Assembly: GCA_013265495.1 (NCBI GenBank)
Contig: MU058636.1
Location: forward strand, 6,607,741-6,671,740
Length of the DNA stretch: 64,000 nucleotides
DNA from: Vicugna vicugna
Taxonomy: Eukaryota
Direction: 5' to 3'
Shown here: positions 48,835 to 62,647 of the stretch, in pieces
Position numbering within the stretch: position 1 is the stretch's first letter
Layout of the letters: every line of letters begins with the position of its first letter
Program-made: the position numbers and the translations under genes
The notes under the pieces: model-generated
What the model saw: only the letters and a program-made list of their open reading frames with translations
Told to the model about the DNA's origin: nothing
Databases searched by the model: none

Positions 48835-49162
48835 CTGTGCAGTCATATGGTACTACTAGCCACATGTGGCTGGTGAGCACTTGAAATGTTCCATAAGCAT
48901 AAAATTTACATGTGATTTTGAAGACTGGGTATAAAAAGTGTAAAATATCTCATTAATAATTTAAAAATATTTGTTACGTGCTGAAATGCTGTTTTAAATA
49001 TATTGGGCTAAATAAGAATTAATTTCATCTATTTTCTTTTACATACATATTTTTAAATAATATTTATTCTGCTCTGCCCTTTTTAATTTTTACTTTAATG
49101 TGGCTAATTAAAATTTAAAATGATGTAATATGGCTTGTGTTATATTTTATTGGACAGCACTG
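48835..49162. mobile_element. MER33 (hAT-Charlie MITE)
   Basis: ctagccacatgtggct...gagcacttgaaatg...ttggacagcactg, with 8-bp TSD GTCTAGAG/GTTTAGAG. Confidence 0.85.
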
Positions 49163-52100
49163 GTTTAGAGGAGACATCTCAAAAGTAGATGAACCACTGG
49201 AAGTATGGAAAGAAACTAATAGATATCCTAGCATGCTCTCTTTTTAAAATATGTATGCTTATATATATGCATATATATGTGTGTATATATGCCTATGTCT
49301 ATACCATACACACATATATATACATAATCTTTGTATTGTTTGAGCCACTCATTGTGGGTTTTCCTGTTAGGTGTCAGTAAACCTCATCCAAACTAATGCA
49401 TTGACTTAATAGCAACAATTTAAAAACCACATATCACTGGGGAAAAACTTGTTCTTCCTGCCCTGGTAAAAGTTTCCTAAATAATTCATGGAAATCAATA
49501 TGGCAACAAATTATTTTATTGGCATTTTATTGTCAGCAGATACTTCGGAAGGCAAATTGTAAACATTGCTACACAGTTGAAGAAACAAAATAAAATGTAA
49601 TTATTTTGTAGGAGTTGGATGCAGTGCTGTTATTTCTAACATAAAATTTGCTAGACTGTTTCTTAATGAAATAAACAATGATTTTTGTAGGTTAACTATT
49701 AAAAACATTTATGTGAAAATACACTTTCTGGAAATCCATGTATGCCCTATTCACCAAAACTGGAAATCAAGAAGTAACCTTACCTTTATCTGGAAAGCAG
49801 AATACATACACTTTGTGAAGATTTACTTGATTTATCGGAATAAGAGTCCCCTATTGTATTTAGGTTGCTGATTTTAGAATTGTCAGGAGTACCATATTTT
49901 CAATAATACTCTGGATTGAATACTAGCATACTAGAATTCTGGAATGTTAGTGCTTATCTTGATAAGATTTCAAAGATTATCTGTTTTCTGAATTTGGAAA
50001 CTTAGGCACAGAGAAGTTCTTGACAATATTTTCCGTCATGCGAACCCCTTACTTTCTTATTTTGAATTTTTTTTCCTTTTCCTTCTACTTTTTCCTTCTT
50101 TTCTCCCCCATATTTTTATTTTCATATGCCTTCGTCTGTGCATCTAAAGGCATTACATATTTACTTTATCCAGTTTTGACTTTTTTTCAGCTAATTACAG
50201 TTTTATATCTGCTGTAGTGTTTGTAGGAAATCAAGATCTTCACTCTCCTTTAATAACAGTAAAAATAATCGTATCTGATGGAGGTGAGAGGAAGGTTAAT
50301 TTAAACATACTTTGATTTCTAGGTAGTTGTTAGGACCTCAAGTGCCCATACCGAGGGATAGTGTGATCAAACCTGGGGGCAGAGTAAGATTGGAAAGATA
50401 ATTCTTTTCTTTAAGGACTTTAAATTCTAGTAAGAGAGACCACTGTATAAATTTGAAAAAAAAGTGCCAAATAATGTGATCAGGCTTTTGTGGTATGACT
50501 AACCTGAATTCACATCCTGGCTCTGCCTCTTTTTTGTCTTGTGACCTTGAGTAAAAGTATGTATTAGAGTAAAGCATCACAGAAGAAGGGGGTGATTAAC
50601 TATTTGCAGGAGTCAGGAAAGACTTCAAGGTGGAGAATTCTCTTGAAACTGGGTTCCAAGGGGAGCAGGAGTTTGCTGAGTTTGCGGACAGGCTGGAGTT
50701 AGGGCGTTCCAGATCTGGAAATTTGAATCAGCACAGTATATTTAACCTTCTTTCTACAAATGCTTTTTCCTTCTGGCAAATTCCTACCTATCCTTTTGGA
50801 CTTAACTTAAAGCTTCTGTCTCTTACTATGGATCCTTCTCTTACACACAGAGTCTTGAGGCAGTTAAGTGTTTCCATTTTTGCTTTCTATTGGCGCCTTG
50901 TAAGTACATCAGTCTCCCAACACCCTCAGAAGTCACATTCTTGAAATGTAATGTGGTTGGCAAAACTGCAATTGGCAAAGTCAAAGTCTCTAGACAACAA
51001 ATGATAAGCAAAGGAGAAATAAAAATAATGTATTAAACATGTATTTATTTATATATAAGTACATAAAAGAGAAGTTCTAAAATGCAGCTGTTTCCAAAAC
51101 AAACTAGGATCATCTGGTGCTTGTTTGCACCAAATGTAATAAAATAATAATAGTGGTTATAAGTTTTTGTTGGGTATGCTGCTAGGCTGTTGACTGTACT
51201 GATTTAATAACAGCTCTTGATAGGGAAAAAAAAAGCACTACCACATTAAATGTACACATCAATTATGAGTTACATGTTGATTTCAGAAATGTTAACTTGT
51301 GAAAATATTCCTTACAATGAAGAAAATATAGTATTATCATTAATACTATAACTCAATGACAGAGGCATTTCTATCCCTATTTTACACTTGAGAAAAGTGA
51401 AACTTCGTGATCTTAGGGACTTTGGGTGATATGGAACAAGATGTTTTGGCAAGAGAGAGATGTGAGCAAAGCAGTATGTTTATTCCATGTACGTTGATCT
51501 GATTAGACAGCCTGGTGTTCTCTTACTCTTTTCAGTATTTTTTCTGGTTCTCTCCTGAAACAACAGGATTGTCAGAGAAGACAGCCTGTTCAGTGGTGAA
51601 GTGTATATAATTGGTGCTGCTTCTAGCTGCATCTTGTACCTGCTTCTTTTAAGACTTTTATAACTATAACTGATGTATTTGACTCTCTGTACTTAGATTT
51701 ATAAATTAATGTGTAAATGCTGTTTGAGTCAAATTCATTTTTGAATCCTGGTTTCCTGTAAAGAGCTTGGCTTTTGTGGTATGACTAATCTGAATTCAAA
51801 TCCTGGCTCTGCCTTTTCTTTGCTTAGTGACCTTGAGCCAAGTATTTCATCTCTCTGAGCCTGTTTCTCTCTCTCTCCCCTCTGGTATCTATTTATCTGT
51901 TTTTCTTTATCTGTGTCTATATACATACATACTTTGTATATCTGAAAACAAAATAAATGATGCTATTTTCCCTTTTTTTCTTAAGTGAGAACTGTGTATA
52001 TGAATTATATAGATGACAGATCATTATATTATTAACAGTTTCTGCTACTGTACAGGAGGTTCATTTAATGACGTTACTATTCAAAATGTAGTTCATAGAC

Positions 52101-52832
52101 CAGGTTTGCATATTTGTGAAATGTTTGTTGGTCTAAGATAAGATGAGGAGCTTGTGCCAGAATGTAAATCAACTTTGTCAATAAGCACACTGTTCATTTC
52201 AAATAACGTTTCCCCCCTCCCCCCATAGCAAGACTTCCTTGATGAAGGAAGCAGTGTGTTAATTCATGTCCTGATTCAGTCTCCTTCTCATTGCCTGGTA
52301 CTCTGAGTAGCTTGAATGGAGGTTACTTTGAGGGTACATTCTGAACAAAGCTTAGGTTTATTTGTGACATTTTTCTTTTCATTTCTGGTATTAGATAAGT
52401 TTGCTATTGTTAGTGAAAAGAATGTTGATTTTTGGACTTGGAGTCTAATCTTGTCTTTATTACTAATTAGTTGGGCAAGTCATTTACATGTTACAGACTT
52501 TATTTTGCCTGACTGAAAATAAAGATTGGGTTAGATGATACATGTGGTTCTTTCAGGCTTTAACATGGTATTACTCTATGATTTTAAATAGTATTTCTTT
52601 CTTTTTTTTTTTTTTTAAAGAACCAGAACATAGACCTGATATTAAAGTCAATGAGAAGATGCACTGGGATAGAAACATGCTTTAAGAAGCTTGTTTTTGG
52701 AATAGATATTTTTATTAAACTTTAGTCAATCATATGCCAAGAAATTGTTCCTAAAGATAGAATGATTAATGAAACTGGCTTTTTTTTCATAAGTAGTCAT
52801 CTCCTGGGGAAGGTAGACAAGTAAGTGGAATA

Positions 52833-53047
52833 TGATTGACCCTTGAACAACACAGGAGTAAGGGGTGCCCAGCCCTTGAGCACCCAAAAAGCCACATATA
52901 ACCTTATAGCCAGCCCTCCAAATTCACAGTTCCACATCTAAAGATTCAACCAATCACAGATTGAGCAATAGTATAGTATTTATTAAAAAATGTCCATGTA
53001 TAAGTGGACCTGTGTAGTTTAAACTCATGTTGTTCAAGGGTCAGCTG
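52833..53047. mobile_element. Tigger2-family MITE
   Basis: Inverted termini ttgacccttgaacaaca / tgttgttcaagggtcagctg. Confidence 0.8.
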
Positions 53048-53144
53048 TGCATATACATGTAAGTATATAAAGAATAGGTAATGTGTTAGTGATATGGACC
53101 AAAAATATTGAAACAGGAGGCTGTGAGAAACAAATTCTCTAGAA

Positions 53145-54099
53145 CAGGAGTAGGCAAACTTTTTCTATAAAGATCCAAGTATTTTAGGTTTTGTGGGCCA
53201 TATGGTGTCTGTCACAACTACTCAATTCTGCAATTGTAGTAGAAAGGCAGACATAACCAGTATTTAAATGAAAATACTTAGTTTTACAACACTAAATCTC
53301 TGGCACCAGTTAGATGTCCTAGAATCCAGTGCAATTCTGACACTAACTACCTGGAGTTAGTGCAAAACCCACAAGTTAAGGGCTCAGTCCTACATGTCTG
53401 CTTCCATTTTAGATGCCAGCTGTTAAATGTGGATGCCTGCATTTCTGCCTGGCTGACTGCAACCCCTCAGGTTCAATAAATTTCTAGAATGAGTCACAGA
53501 ACTCAGGAAAGTGCCATACTGACAGTTAGTTTTATCATAAAAGATACAACTCAGGAACAGCCAGATGGAAGAGATGTAGGGCAAGGTATTGGAGTGGGCA
53601 CACAGAGCTCTCATGCCTTTTCTGTGCCCAGAAGCACATCAATCAGTGCATTCACTAACCTGGAAGTTCCCTGAACCTCATTGTTCAAGAGTTTTTATAG
53701 AGTCTTCATCATGTAGGATAATTGATTTAATCATTGGCCACATAATTGAGCTCAGTCTCCAGCCCTCTACTCATATGTTTGGTCTGTCATTGGCCATCCC
53801 TTCTCTTGAAACCATCTAAGTGCCCAACTTGAGTCACCTTGTTAGCATAACCTTAAGTATGATCAAAAGTGGTTAATTATGAGTAAAAAAAAATCCTATT
53901 ACTCGTGAAATTCCAAGGATTTTTGAAGCTTTGTGCCAGGAACTGAGGGCAAAAACCAAATATATTTATTTTTAATTATAGTATAGGCAGCCTTAATCAA
54001 TATATAAGTAAACAGGCATGGCTCTGTTCTCATAAAACCTTATTTACAATAAGGCAGCAAGTTAGACTTGACCTGTAGGCAGTAATTTGTAGACTCTTG
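53145..54099 (+). mobile_element. MER58A hAT MITE split by a nested MER21-like LTR (about 53260-53985)
   Basis: Perfect 8-bp TSD CTCTAGAA at 53137-53144 and 54100-54107. The MER58 halves flank MER21 text (aattctgacactaactacctggagttagtgca...aagggctcagtcc). Confidence 0.85.
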
Positions 54100-56379
54100 C
54101 TCTAGAAAAATAGGAAAGACTTGTCCAAGAAGGAAGCATTTAAACTATATCTTATATTTCTTTAAAATTTTTTGTTGATGTTATATACTATTTTATAGAA
54201 TTTTTAAAATGATATATTACAACCTTAGTGATGTAATTTTAGGGAAAATTTTTATAGTTCAATGGCACTATCTATAGAGAGGTTTGTTTTGTTTTTTTTT
54301 GAGATTATGTTGTGCTATTTATTGCCAAAAATAAAAACTTTTAAAAGTAGAGAGTTTTTTTTTAAGGTACTGAGTAAGTGAGCAAGGAAATTTTTCCACA
54401 CATGTGCCCTGATTACTAATGTGTTTTAACATCAGTTGAGAAAGTCTTCAGTTCTTCTCAGACATTGATTCCTTTTAGCGCCTGTAAGTAAGAAGGTTTG
54501 AATATTACCTATCAAGTAACAACTGATAGGTGTTATTTTGCTGAGTGACCATGATTTTTTTTTAATCATATTCCTTGTAGTAATAATTTGTTTAATCTGT
54601 TGCTATTAGAATGCTGTTTTCCTTCTGCCATTTTTATTTTGAGTCCCACTCTTTTGTTTTCTAATGAAAGGAACTAGAGCCTTGGGTTTGAGTTTTGTCC
54701 CTTTGACTTAAGGGAGCCTCTGCAAGTTCTACGTTATGAGAGCTGTCTGATGAGAGAATAGAAATCTGACACTTATTACTGTGTAATGCAGATCAAGGCA
54801 TGAACATTTAAAAACTTGATTTCTGCCTTTATTCCCCCCTTTTTTCCAGATCATAAATTGTTTCCTGTTCTTGCTTGAAGGTTTCACAATGGAATGAATA
54901 ATCATGCTGTTAAAAATTTATCAACTTATCTTGTTAATTTTATGTCTCAGTATATATTAAGTTTCAAATTTTCATGAGGATGAACATTTGAAAAGCCTCT
55001 AAACATGGAAAACTGGGAGCAGTCCAGAACTGACTGTTTTAATAGGGATAGGGTTTGCTTTTATTCATGTGCTTAGGTGATGGGAGAAGAATTGCCCTAA
55101 TGAATATAGCAGAAATGATGATGAAAATGAAGGTAATGGAAAAATTATCTAATATTTTAGGGCTAAAATAAAAGCAAAATTTAGAAGTATCAAAGGGAAA
55201 CTCAGTTTTTTGTTGATAACCACAGATGAGTTAGTAGTATCATCTTTAAATATAAAAAGACAATTATTTAAACATGTTTATATGTATGGATCACAGCAAT
55301 AGTCAGTCAGTAACACATGAATAGCTTATTCACATGCTTTTTCAATTAAAGTATTTTTTTAAGTTGAATGCCTATTAAATGTTGTTGGTACTGAGTTAGG
55401 CTCATATGGAAATAATAATAGAATAATAATAATAGTAATTTTTATCCAGGAGTCCATTCAGGAGGAAAAGTATAATAATCCTCACAATAACCCTGTGAGA
55501 TAGTCCTGTTAACCACAGTCTACACGTGATGAAACAAGATTCTGCAGGGAAAGTTGGCTGCCTGATGCTTAAGCCTTTTAACAGTCTGTTTCTTTCTAAT
55601 AGACACAAATTTCATAAGTTTTATAAGAGAAACATAAAAAATTATATATGTTCCAAGAAGGGGTAAATAACATCTTGTTTAGGAAGTGGAGCCTCAGGTA
55701 GTGTCATAAAGAAGAGACATGGAAGATGATGTAAAAATACAAGGTGAGGCTTGAGCACAGAAGATGCTGGATATTAGGTTGCAACATGAAGATATCTGAT
55801 CATAAAGCTAATCTTTTTATTCATTGTGGCGTGTTGCAAACTATTCCGTGCTGCTTTCTTCTCTGGAAAAAAAAAAGCAGAGTTTTGAGGCTCTGTGGTT
55901 GTGTTTTCTAGAGGACTTCTCTATTACTGCTCTACTGCTCTGCCCCTCTACTTGTTTACATGCCTGTGCTTATGGATCTAAGTGTAAATGTAGATAAAGT
56001 AGAGTGTGCACAATTATCTTGCACAGAATAGATGCTAACATTAATCAGTACTTTAAGGAAATCTAATCCATCTTGAAAATTGGAGTAATTTTCCTTTCCA
56101 GATGAAGGTTCACAAGGTTTAGGATTTTGTTTTGTATCCTGTGCGTGTTATAAACTATGCTTTCAGTCAGTATGGAAGAAGAGAGGGAAGTATAGAAGCA
56201 TATGCTTTTCATTTACAGTTGTTCTTTAGTCAGTATTCTAATCTGTAGATGGGCATATTTTAAGCAATGCTGATGAAAAAATGAGTAACAAAGAGCTTGG
56301 GAAATATTTGGAAAGTCTGCATTGTCCTATTTGTTAATGATAACGTTTAGAGCTGGCTCACTAGCCTCTGATAATCAAT

Positions 56380-58800
56380 ATTTACTGATGGAATTGGAAA
56401 AGTTTTGCAGTGAACACACATATACCCAGCACCTAGATTCTACAGTTAACATTTTACTAAACTTGCTTTGTCACATATTCATCCATCATCAATCCATCTT
56501 GGTTTTTTTTTTTTTTTATGTTATTTCAAATGAGGTTGAAGCCATGCTATTTAATAGCTCAAATTCAGTGTTTGGTTATGGACCCTGCTGCCCTCATTTA
56601 AATTATGTGTGATGAAAAAACATCAACCTTAAGAATAATGTTCAATGAGTTTTGACAAATGCATGTTCCTAGGTTCCCAAACCCTTATTGAGATATAGAA
56701 CATTACAGTCACCTCAGAACTTTTCCTAATTAATGTAATTAACCCTTTCCTAATTAATCCCTGCCACTATCCCCAGAGGCAACCAGTGTTGAGTTTTTTC
56801 CCACCCTAGATTAGTATTGGGTATTCTAGAATTTTATATAAATGAAATCTGATGATATGAATGAACTCTTTTAAATGAAGCCTTTTTCATTTAACATAAT
56901 GCTTTTGCAATTTGTTCATGTGTTTATCAGCAGTTTGTTACTTTTTATTGCCTAGTAGCAGACCATCATATGAATATACTATAGTTTATCCATTCTGCTA
57001 TTGATAGAACTCTGAGGTGTTTCCAGTTTTTGTTGTCAGTCTCTGCTGGTTTTTGTCTTTGTGTACCTCCTATTCTACCTTCTTTTGAATTAATTGAATA
57101 TAGTTTTGAGTTTCATTACTTTATTTTTTTGGTCATACCTCTTTGTATTCTTTTTTATGGTTGTTCTGAGGATTGTAATGTACATCTTTAGCTTTTGAGG
57201 ATCCACTTAGAGTTAATGTAGTACTCTATCATTTAAAAAGTAGGAATCTTGCAGTCATAAATACCCATTTATCCTCTTCCTCCTTTTCTTCTACTATAGT
57301 TGTCATACTTGTTACATCTACATTATTTATCCACACCATACAGTGCTATAATTTTGACTTTAAATGTTCATCTATATTTTAAATATATAGTAAGAAAAAT
57401 ATCCCCTTATACTTATTCCTTCCAGAAGTTCTAATTTCCATCTTGTATAAGTTTTGTACAGCTTGAAGAAACTTTACAAGCATTTATTTTAAATACTAGT
57501 AACAAATTCTTACTTTCTTAAAATATGAAAATACCTTTACTTAGCCTTTCTTCCTGAAGAGTACTTTTGCTGCGTATGGAAATTAGGGTTGACGGTTTTT
57601 CTTTCAGCATTTTAAAGGTGTTGTCCTAGTGCCTTATGGCCTCTATTTTTTCTAAGGAGAATAAAGTGTCATTCAATCATTGTTTGTCTGTCTGTAACAT
57701 GACTTTTTTCTCTGGCTGCTTTTAAATTTCTGTCTTTGATTTTCAGATGTTTCATTGCTGAAGCTTGTTTTTGTTGAGCTTTTTGAATTTGTTAGTTAAT
57801 GTCTTCTACCAAAGTTTGGAAATTTTCACTCATTGTTTCTATAAATGTTTTAAATTTTCTATTCTCATTGTCCTCTTTTATTGGGTCTGCAGTTACAATT
57901 ATCTTTGATTTTTGTCCTACAGGTCCCTGTTCATTTTTTCCCAATCTTTTTTTCTTTTCTTTTTTCTTCAGATTAAGTATTTAAATTGATCTATCTTTAA
58001 TTTCACTGACTTTTCTCCCATCTGCTGTTTAGCCCAACCTGTGAACATTTTACTTTAAGTATCATAGCTTTTGGTTCTAGATTTTGTATTTGGTTCTTTT
58101 TTTATAGTTTGTACTTCTCTGCTGTGATTTCTAATCTTTTCATTCATTATGACATTTCTTAAAACTTCTTTGAACATAGTACAATTGTTGATTTAAAATC
58201 TTTATCTGCTAATTTCCGCATCGGGGTCATTTCATTGTTGGTTTCTATTGGTTATGTTTTATCTAGAGTATGGACTGTATTCTTTTTGTTAACTATATGT
58301 TACATAATTTTGAATTGTATCCTTAACACTGAATAATGCCTTGCATTTTGTTATGTTTCTATGAATTTTTTTTAAAAAGGTAAGGTGTCAGTTTGCTTGG
58401 TTGAACTCAAACTGCAGAACTCTCTCTCATATAGTTGGCAGCACTTGAAACCTCATGAACGTGAATAGTTCATGGTTCAGCCAGACATTTGCCCAGGTTG
58501 TATTTGGGGCTTCCTCTCTCTTGTGCTCTTCGTTTCTAGAATTGCTTATATCATATTCAAACTGCTGTGATTATTCCTAACTTCTGGTTCATGATGTGGA
58601 TTTGGGCCTGTTCCTAAACTGAAAGTTATAAGAAAGAATTTTACATAATATCATTACTTTTTTACATCTGTCAATGTTCTTTCTTTATATCTATCTTTGG
58701 TTGTTCTTCAGTGCCTTCAGATAGCTGTTTTTTAATATTTTGTCTAGAATTTATAGTTCTGATTTTTGCTATGTTAAGAATCACTCCACCATATTATCAG
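56380..58800 (-). mobile_element. Old L1 (L1MC/L1ME-like) fragments, antisense to NBEA
   Basis: T-rich antisense L1 text: gagttttgacaaatg, ccccagaggcaacca, ttctttcagcattttaaag, catctgctgtttagccca. Confidence 0.75.
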
Positions 58801-61421
58801 ACCCTGCCTATATCCTAAATTATAAAACAAACAAAATCCTTTATTATGCCATTAGTTCACTCAACAAATATCACAGAGTCCCTTATGTGTGCTTGACAAG
58901 CGTTGGAAGTATAAATATTAAAGACATAGATCCTTCCTCTCAGGAACTTCACATATTTATAGAAGAAAATAAGGTAAACAAGTGTGATGAATACAATAAT
59001 AGATTTCACTTGGAAAGAAAGTGTGATTGATTCTCACTGGGCTAGGCAACATGGGCATGCTGGAGGAAGGGGTGTCATTTAAGGAGGAATACAGTCTGAA
59101 GGAATATTACATCCTGCTTGGAGTTTGAAGGATTATTAGATGTTTGCAGGTAAATGGAGGAGGATAGCACTTCATTTTTAAGAGACAAAAGAGATGATGT
59201 GAAACATAGAGCCACATTTGGTTGGAAATTTTAAAACCATCCTTACCTTCTTTTGCCCTTCCTTCTATTATGTCTGGCTTTGATTACCCTAGCTTAAATC
59301 ATTGGGTGACTGCCCCACTGATTTATAAAATTACAATGTGAATTGGCCAATTTCCTCTGTGTTCTACAGATATTTCAGATTAGCACTTTAATGGCTCAGA
59401 AACGGGGGAGTAGTGAGGGCTAGAACGTAAGAAATGCTGGTCCTGAAATTTGTCAGCCTTTCAAATGGCTGAGACAGCAGATGTAGATCGTAACTCTTAG
59501 ATCACAGTGGTAAACTCCCAGTAAGAGTTAATTTCTGTTTGTGAATGCATCAATCAACAGTGTTAAGGCCTGTGATCAGATAATCTACTATTAGCTGTCA
59601 ACTGTTTGCATCAGGGATCCTTGTTCTATTTGTACATAAGTTTCAACAGATATTCATTAGAAGCCCATTAGTACATTTTACTTTTGCTAACAGTTCCAGG
59701 TTCATCTTAATGGCGAGATTAACTGTCTAGCAGTTGCTGAGCCCCTCAGAAAATTGTCGCTGAGAACCAAGAAAATCTTAGCCTTCCATTTGGGGAAGGT
59801 TAGACTCAATTTGGAAATCTGGTGTTCCTTAATGGGGAGAAAAGGAGCTAGAATGAAATAAACAAATCAGCAAGTATTCAGTTTTTGACTTGGTTAAGAG
59901 ATGTTTGAGAGAGAAATAGCACCCTTTGGTGGTTAACCACTGTGCTTAAGGTAAAGCTGGAAATTCTCGGTATGACTTTTAAGCCTCTCTGTAATCTGAT
60001 ACCTGCATAGCTCCCTAGCCTCATCTGCTGCTACTCTTCCATTCATCACTCCTTCCTCTTCATCTTTGCCTTCTGCACACCAGCCACAACGGTCATCTTT
60101 TGTTATCTTTATTTAGAGGTTTTTCCTATTCTGTGGCTTTGATAAGTACTGTTATCTCTGCCTAAAATTCTTTTCCTCATTTCTTTCATTTTCCCGTTGG
60201 TACTTTCTCCTTCCCCAGTGATCTCAGCTAAATTTAAAATTTTCAGTTATTTCATGACCTCTCCAAATAAGGTTTTTATGCACTAATAATCTGTCTAAGT
60301 GCTAGAATTTAAGCTGTATGGCGTCAAGTTTTTATGTCCACTACTGTTCTTTGAGCACCTGATATAGGCTCTTGCATATAGTAGATGCTCAGTAAACATC
60401 TGAATGAATAACAATGAATAAGTCCAAAGATGAGCTGATTATTCAGAATTCTATTTAGCTAATTTTCAGTGAGAACTAAATTTTTGAAGATTAGTGTGAA
60501 TCATTTATTCCTACCTCTTCTTATCAGAGTGAGGAGGTAGGTCTCTAAAACTAAATAACCAAGATATATGACAACTGCTTTTAGAGATTTATTGTCATAT
60601 CTATTGAATATGATCCTGGTTACAACACAGTGAGTAGTGCCTATTATGTAGATGGTGCCCTGTGCATACACTGAACTGAAGTACAGTGAGTAACATTATA
60701 TCTGACTTTCATTCAGTCTGTTACAAACATGTTCCTATATAAGAAGCATTGTAGTTCTTTTCTGTACCCTTCATTAGTTAGTTTTTGATTTTTTTTTTAG
60801 CTATTTGAATCCAGTTTCGATTATGATTCTTTTGGAGAGACAGGTAGAAACCAGTTAAAGGTCACATAGGTAAGGATATGAAAAGGAGATTGAATGAAGT
60901 TGGATGGTTTATGTGAAATAATTCAAAGAGTGCCTGTATTAAATTTCAATGATGTAAAAGGGGTTTATACCAGTCATTTATTATCTACTTTAATGAAGAG
61001 ATGAGAAAAGAAAAATTCAGCTTTCAGCAGGAGAAATTTTTTTCAGATGAAAAGAAATATTTTGAGGGTTTCAAAATTTTCTAGGAAGTGAGGATGTTCA
61101 CAGTCCATCTTTGAAGACCTTTTAAGAAGAAAATAGGAAAATATTAGTTTAAAAATACCTAATTGAATAAAGACAACTGGCTTGGGTAGGATCTCTCAGC
61201 TATTTTTAGTTGTGATTATGTGATTGCCTGGTTTTATTTAATGTACTTGTTAGTTTCAGTGAGTTATATAGAATTAGTTGCTTAATCATTAAAAAAATTA
61301 TATATAAAAATATATATAATAACATGCTAAATATATGTATATACTTTTTTAAGTTCCCAGAGAGCAATTGTGTGCATGTGTATGCAGTACATGAGTGTTA
61401 TACTTTGTCTCTCCCTCTTTT

Positions 61422-61690
61422 AAAAATTTTATTTATTTATTTTTCTTACTGACGTATAGTTGATTTACAATGTGTTAATTTCTGGTGTATAGCATACTGA
61501 CTCAATGTTTTATATGTATATATATGTATTTCTTTTTATATTCTTTTTCATTATAGGCTATTACAGGATATTGAATATTGTTCTCTGTGCTATACAGTAG
61601 GACCTTGTTTATCTGTATTATATATAGTAGTTAATATCTCCAAATCCCGAACCCCCAATTTATCACTCCTCACCCCTCTCCTCCCTGGTT
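61422..61690 (-). mobile_element. Cetartiodactyl L1 3' end with TSD
   Basis: L1 3' UTR text (gtatagttgatttacaatgtg...ctgtgctatacagtaggacc). Direct repeat TCCCTCTTTT at 61412-61421 and 61691-61700. Confidence 0.85.
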
Positions 61691-62203
61691 TCCCTCTTTT
61701 TTTCTATAGTGGTTTGCAAAAAGGGATTACTTTTTAAAAATGAGATTTACTTTTTAAAAGTGGGATTCGATCTTATTTGGAATTTGAGATAAAACACTTC
61801 AAATTAACTAGACTTCTTAAAATTTTCCCCATGATTTATGTTCTCTCTAGAAAGTTACAGAAGCAGGAGGAATCCAAGCCTTTTAGACTTCTGTCCTGAA
61901 GAAGAGACTTTTGCCAGAAGGTATTAGTAATTAGGAAGTTTGGCGTCAGAGACCAATGAAATCCTAATATTTTTGAACCTAATATTTTTTAATTGAACAT
62001 TTTTCTAATTAAAAAAAAACCCTTAGTGAAAAATTCAGATTGTTAGGAAGTAATAGTCATTCATAATGCTGTTATTGACATTTATAATTTACAGTAGTTC
62101 CAACTAGGTTTTTTTTTTTTTCTATCTTGGATAGACATTAGGCAGAATACAAGGCAGCCTCTCCCATGTTGTATATACGTGGGATGTTGCAACCATGGTG
62201 TGG

Positions 62204-62647
62204 TGTTATGGGTTGAATTATACTCACCCCGCCTCTCCCCCAGAAAAGAAGGTATGTTAGGAGTCTTAACCTCCAGTACCATAGCATGTGACCTTATTTA
62301 GAGATAGGATCTTTAGAGAGATAATCAAGTTAAAATGCAGTTATTAGGGGGCCCTAATCCTATATAACTGGTATCCCTGTGAAAAGGGAAATTTGGACAC
62401 AGAGACAGACATACATAGAGGGACAGTGATGTGAAGAGACACAGGGAAGATGATGTGAAGATGGTCATCTGTAAGTCAAGGAGAGAGACCTGAAACAGAT
62501 CCCTCCCTCCTAGCCCTCAGAAGGAAACAACCCTGCCGGCACCTTGATTTCAGATTTCTAGCCTCTAGAACTGTGAGACAGTAAATTTGTTGTTTAAGCT
62601 ACCTAGTTTGTGGTGCCTTTTTAACACAGTTTTAGCAAACTGATACA
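62204..62647 (+). mobile_element. MaLR solo LTR (MLT1B/C-type)
   Basis: TGTTATGGGTTGAAT...gtgaccttatttagagatagg...accttgatttcagatttctagcctctagaactgtgaga...gcaaactgataCA. Confidence 0.88.
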
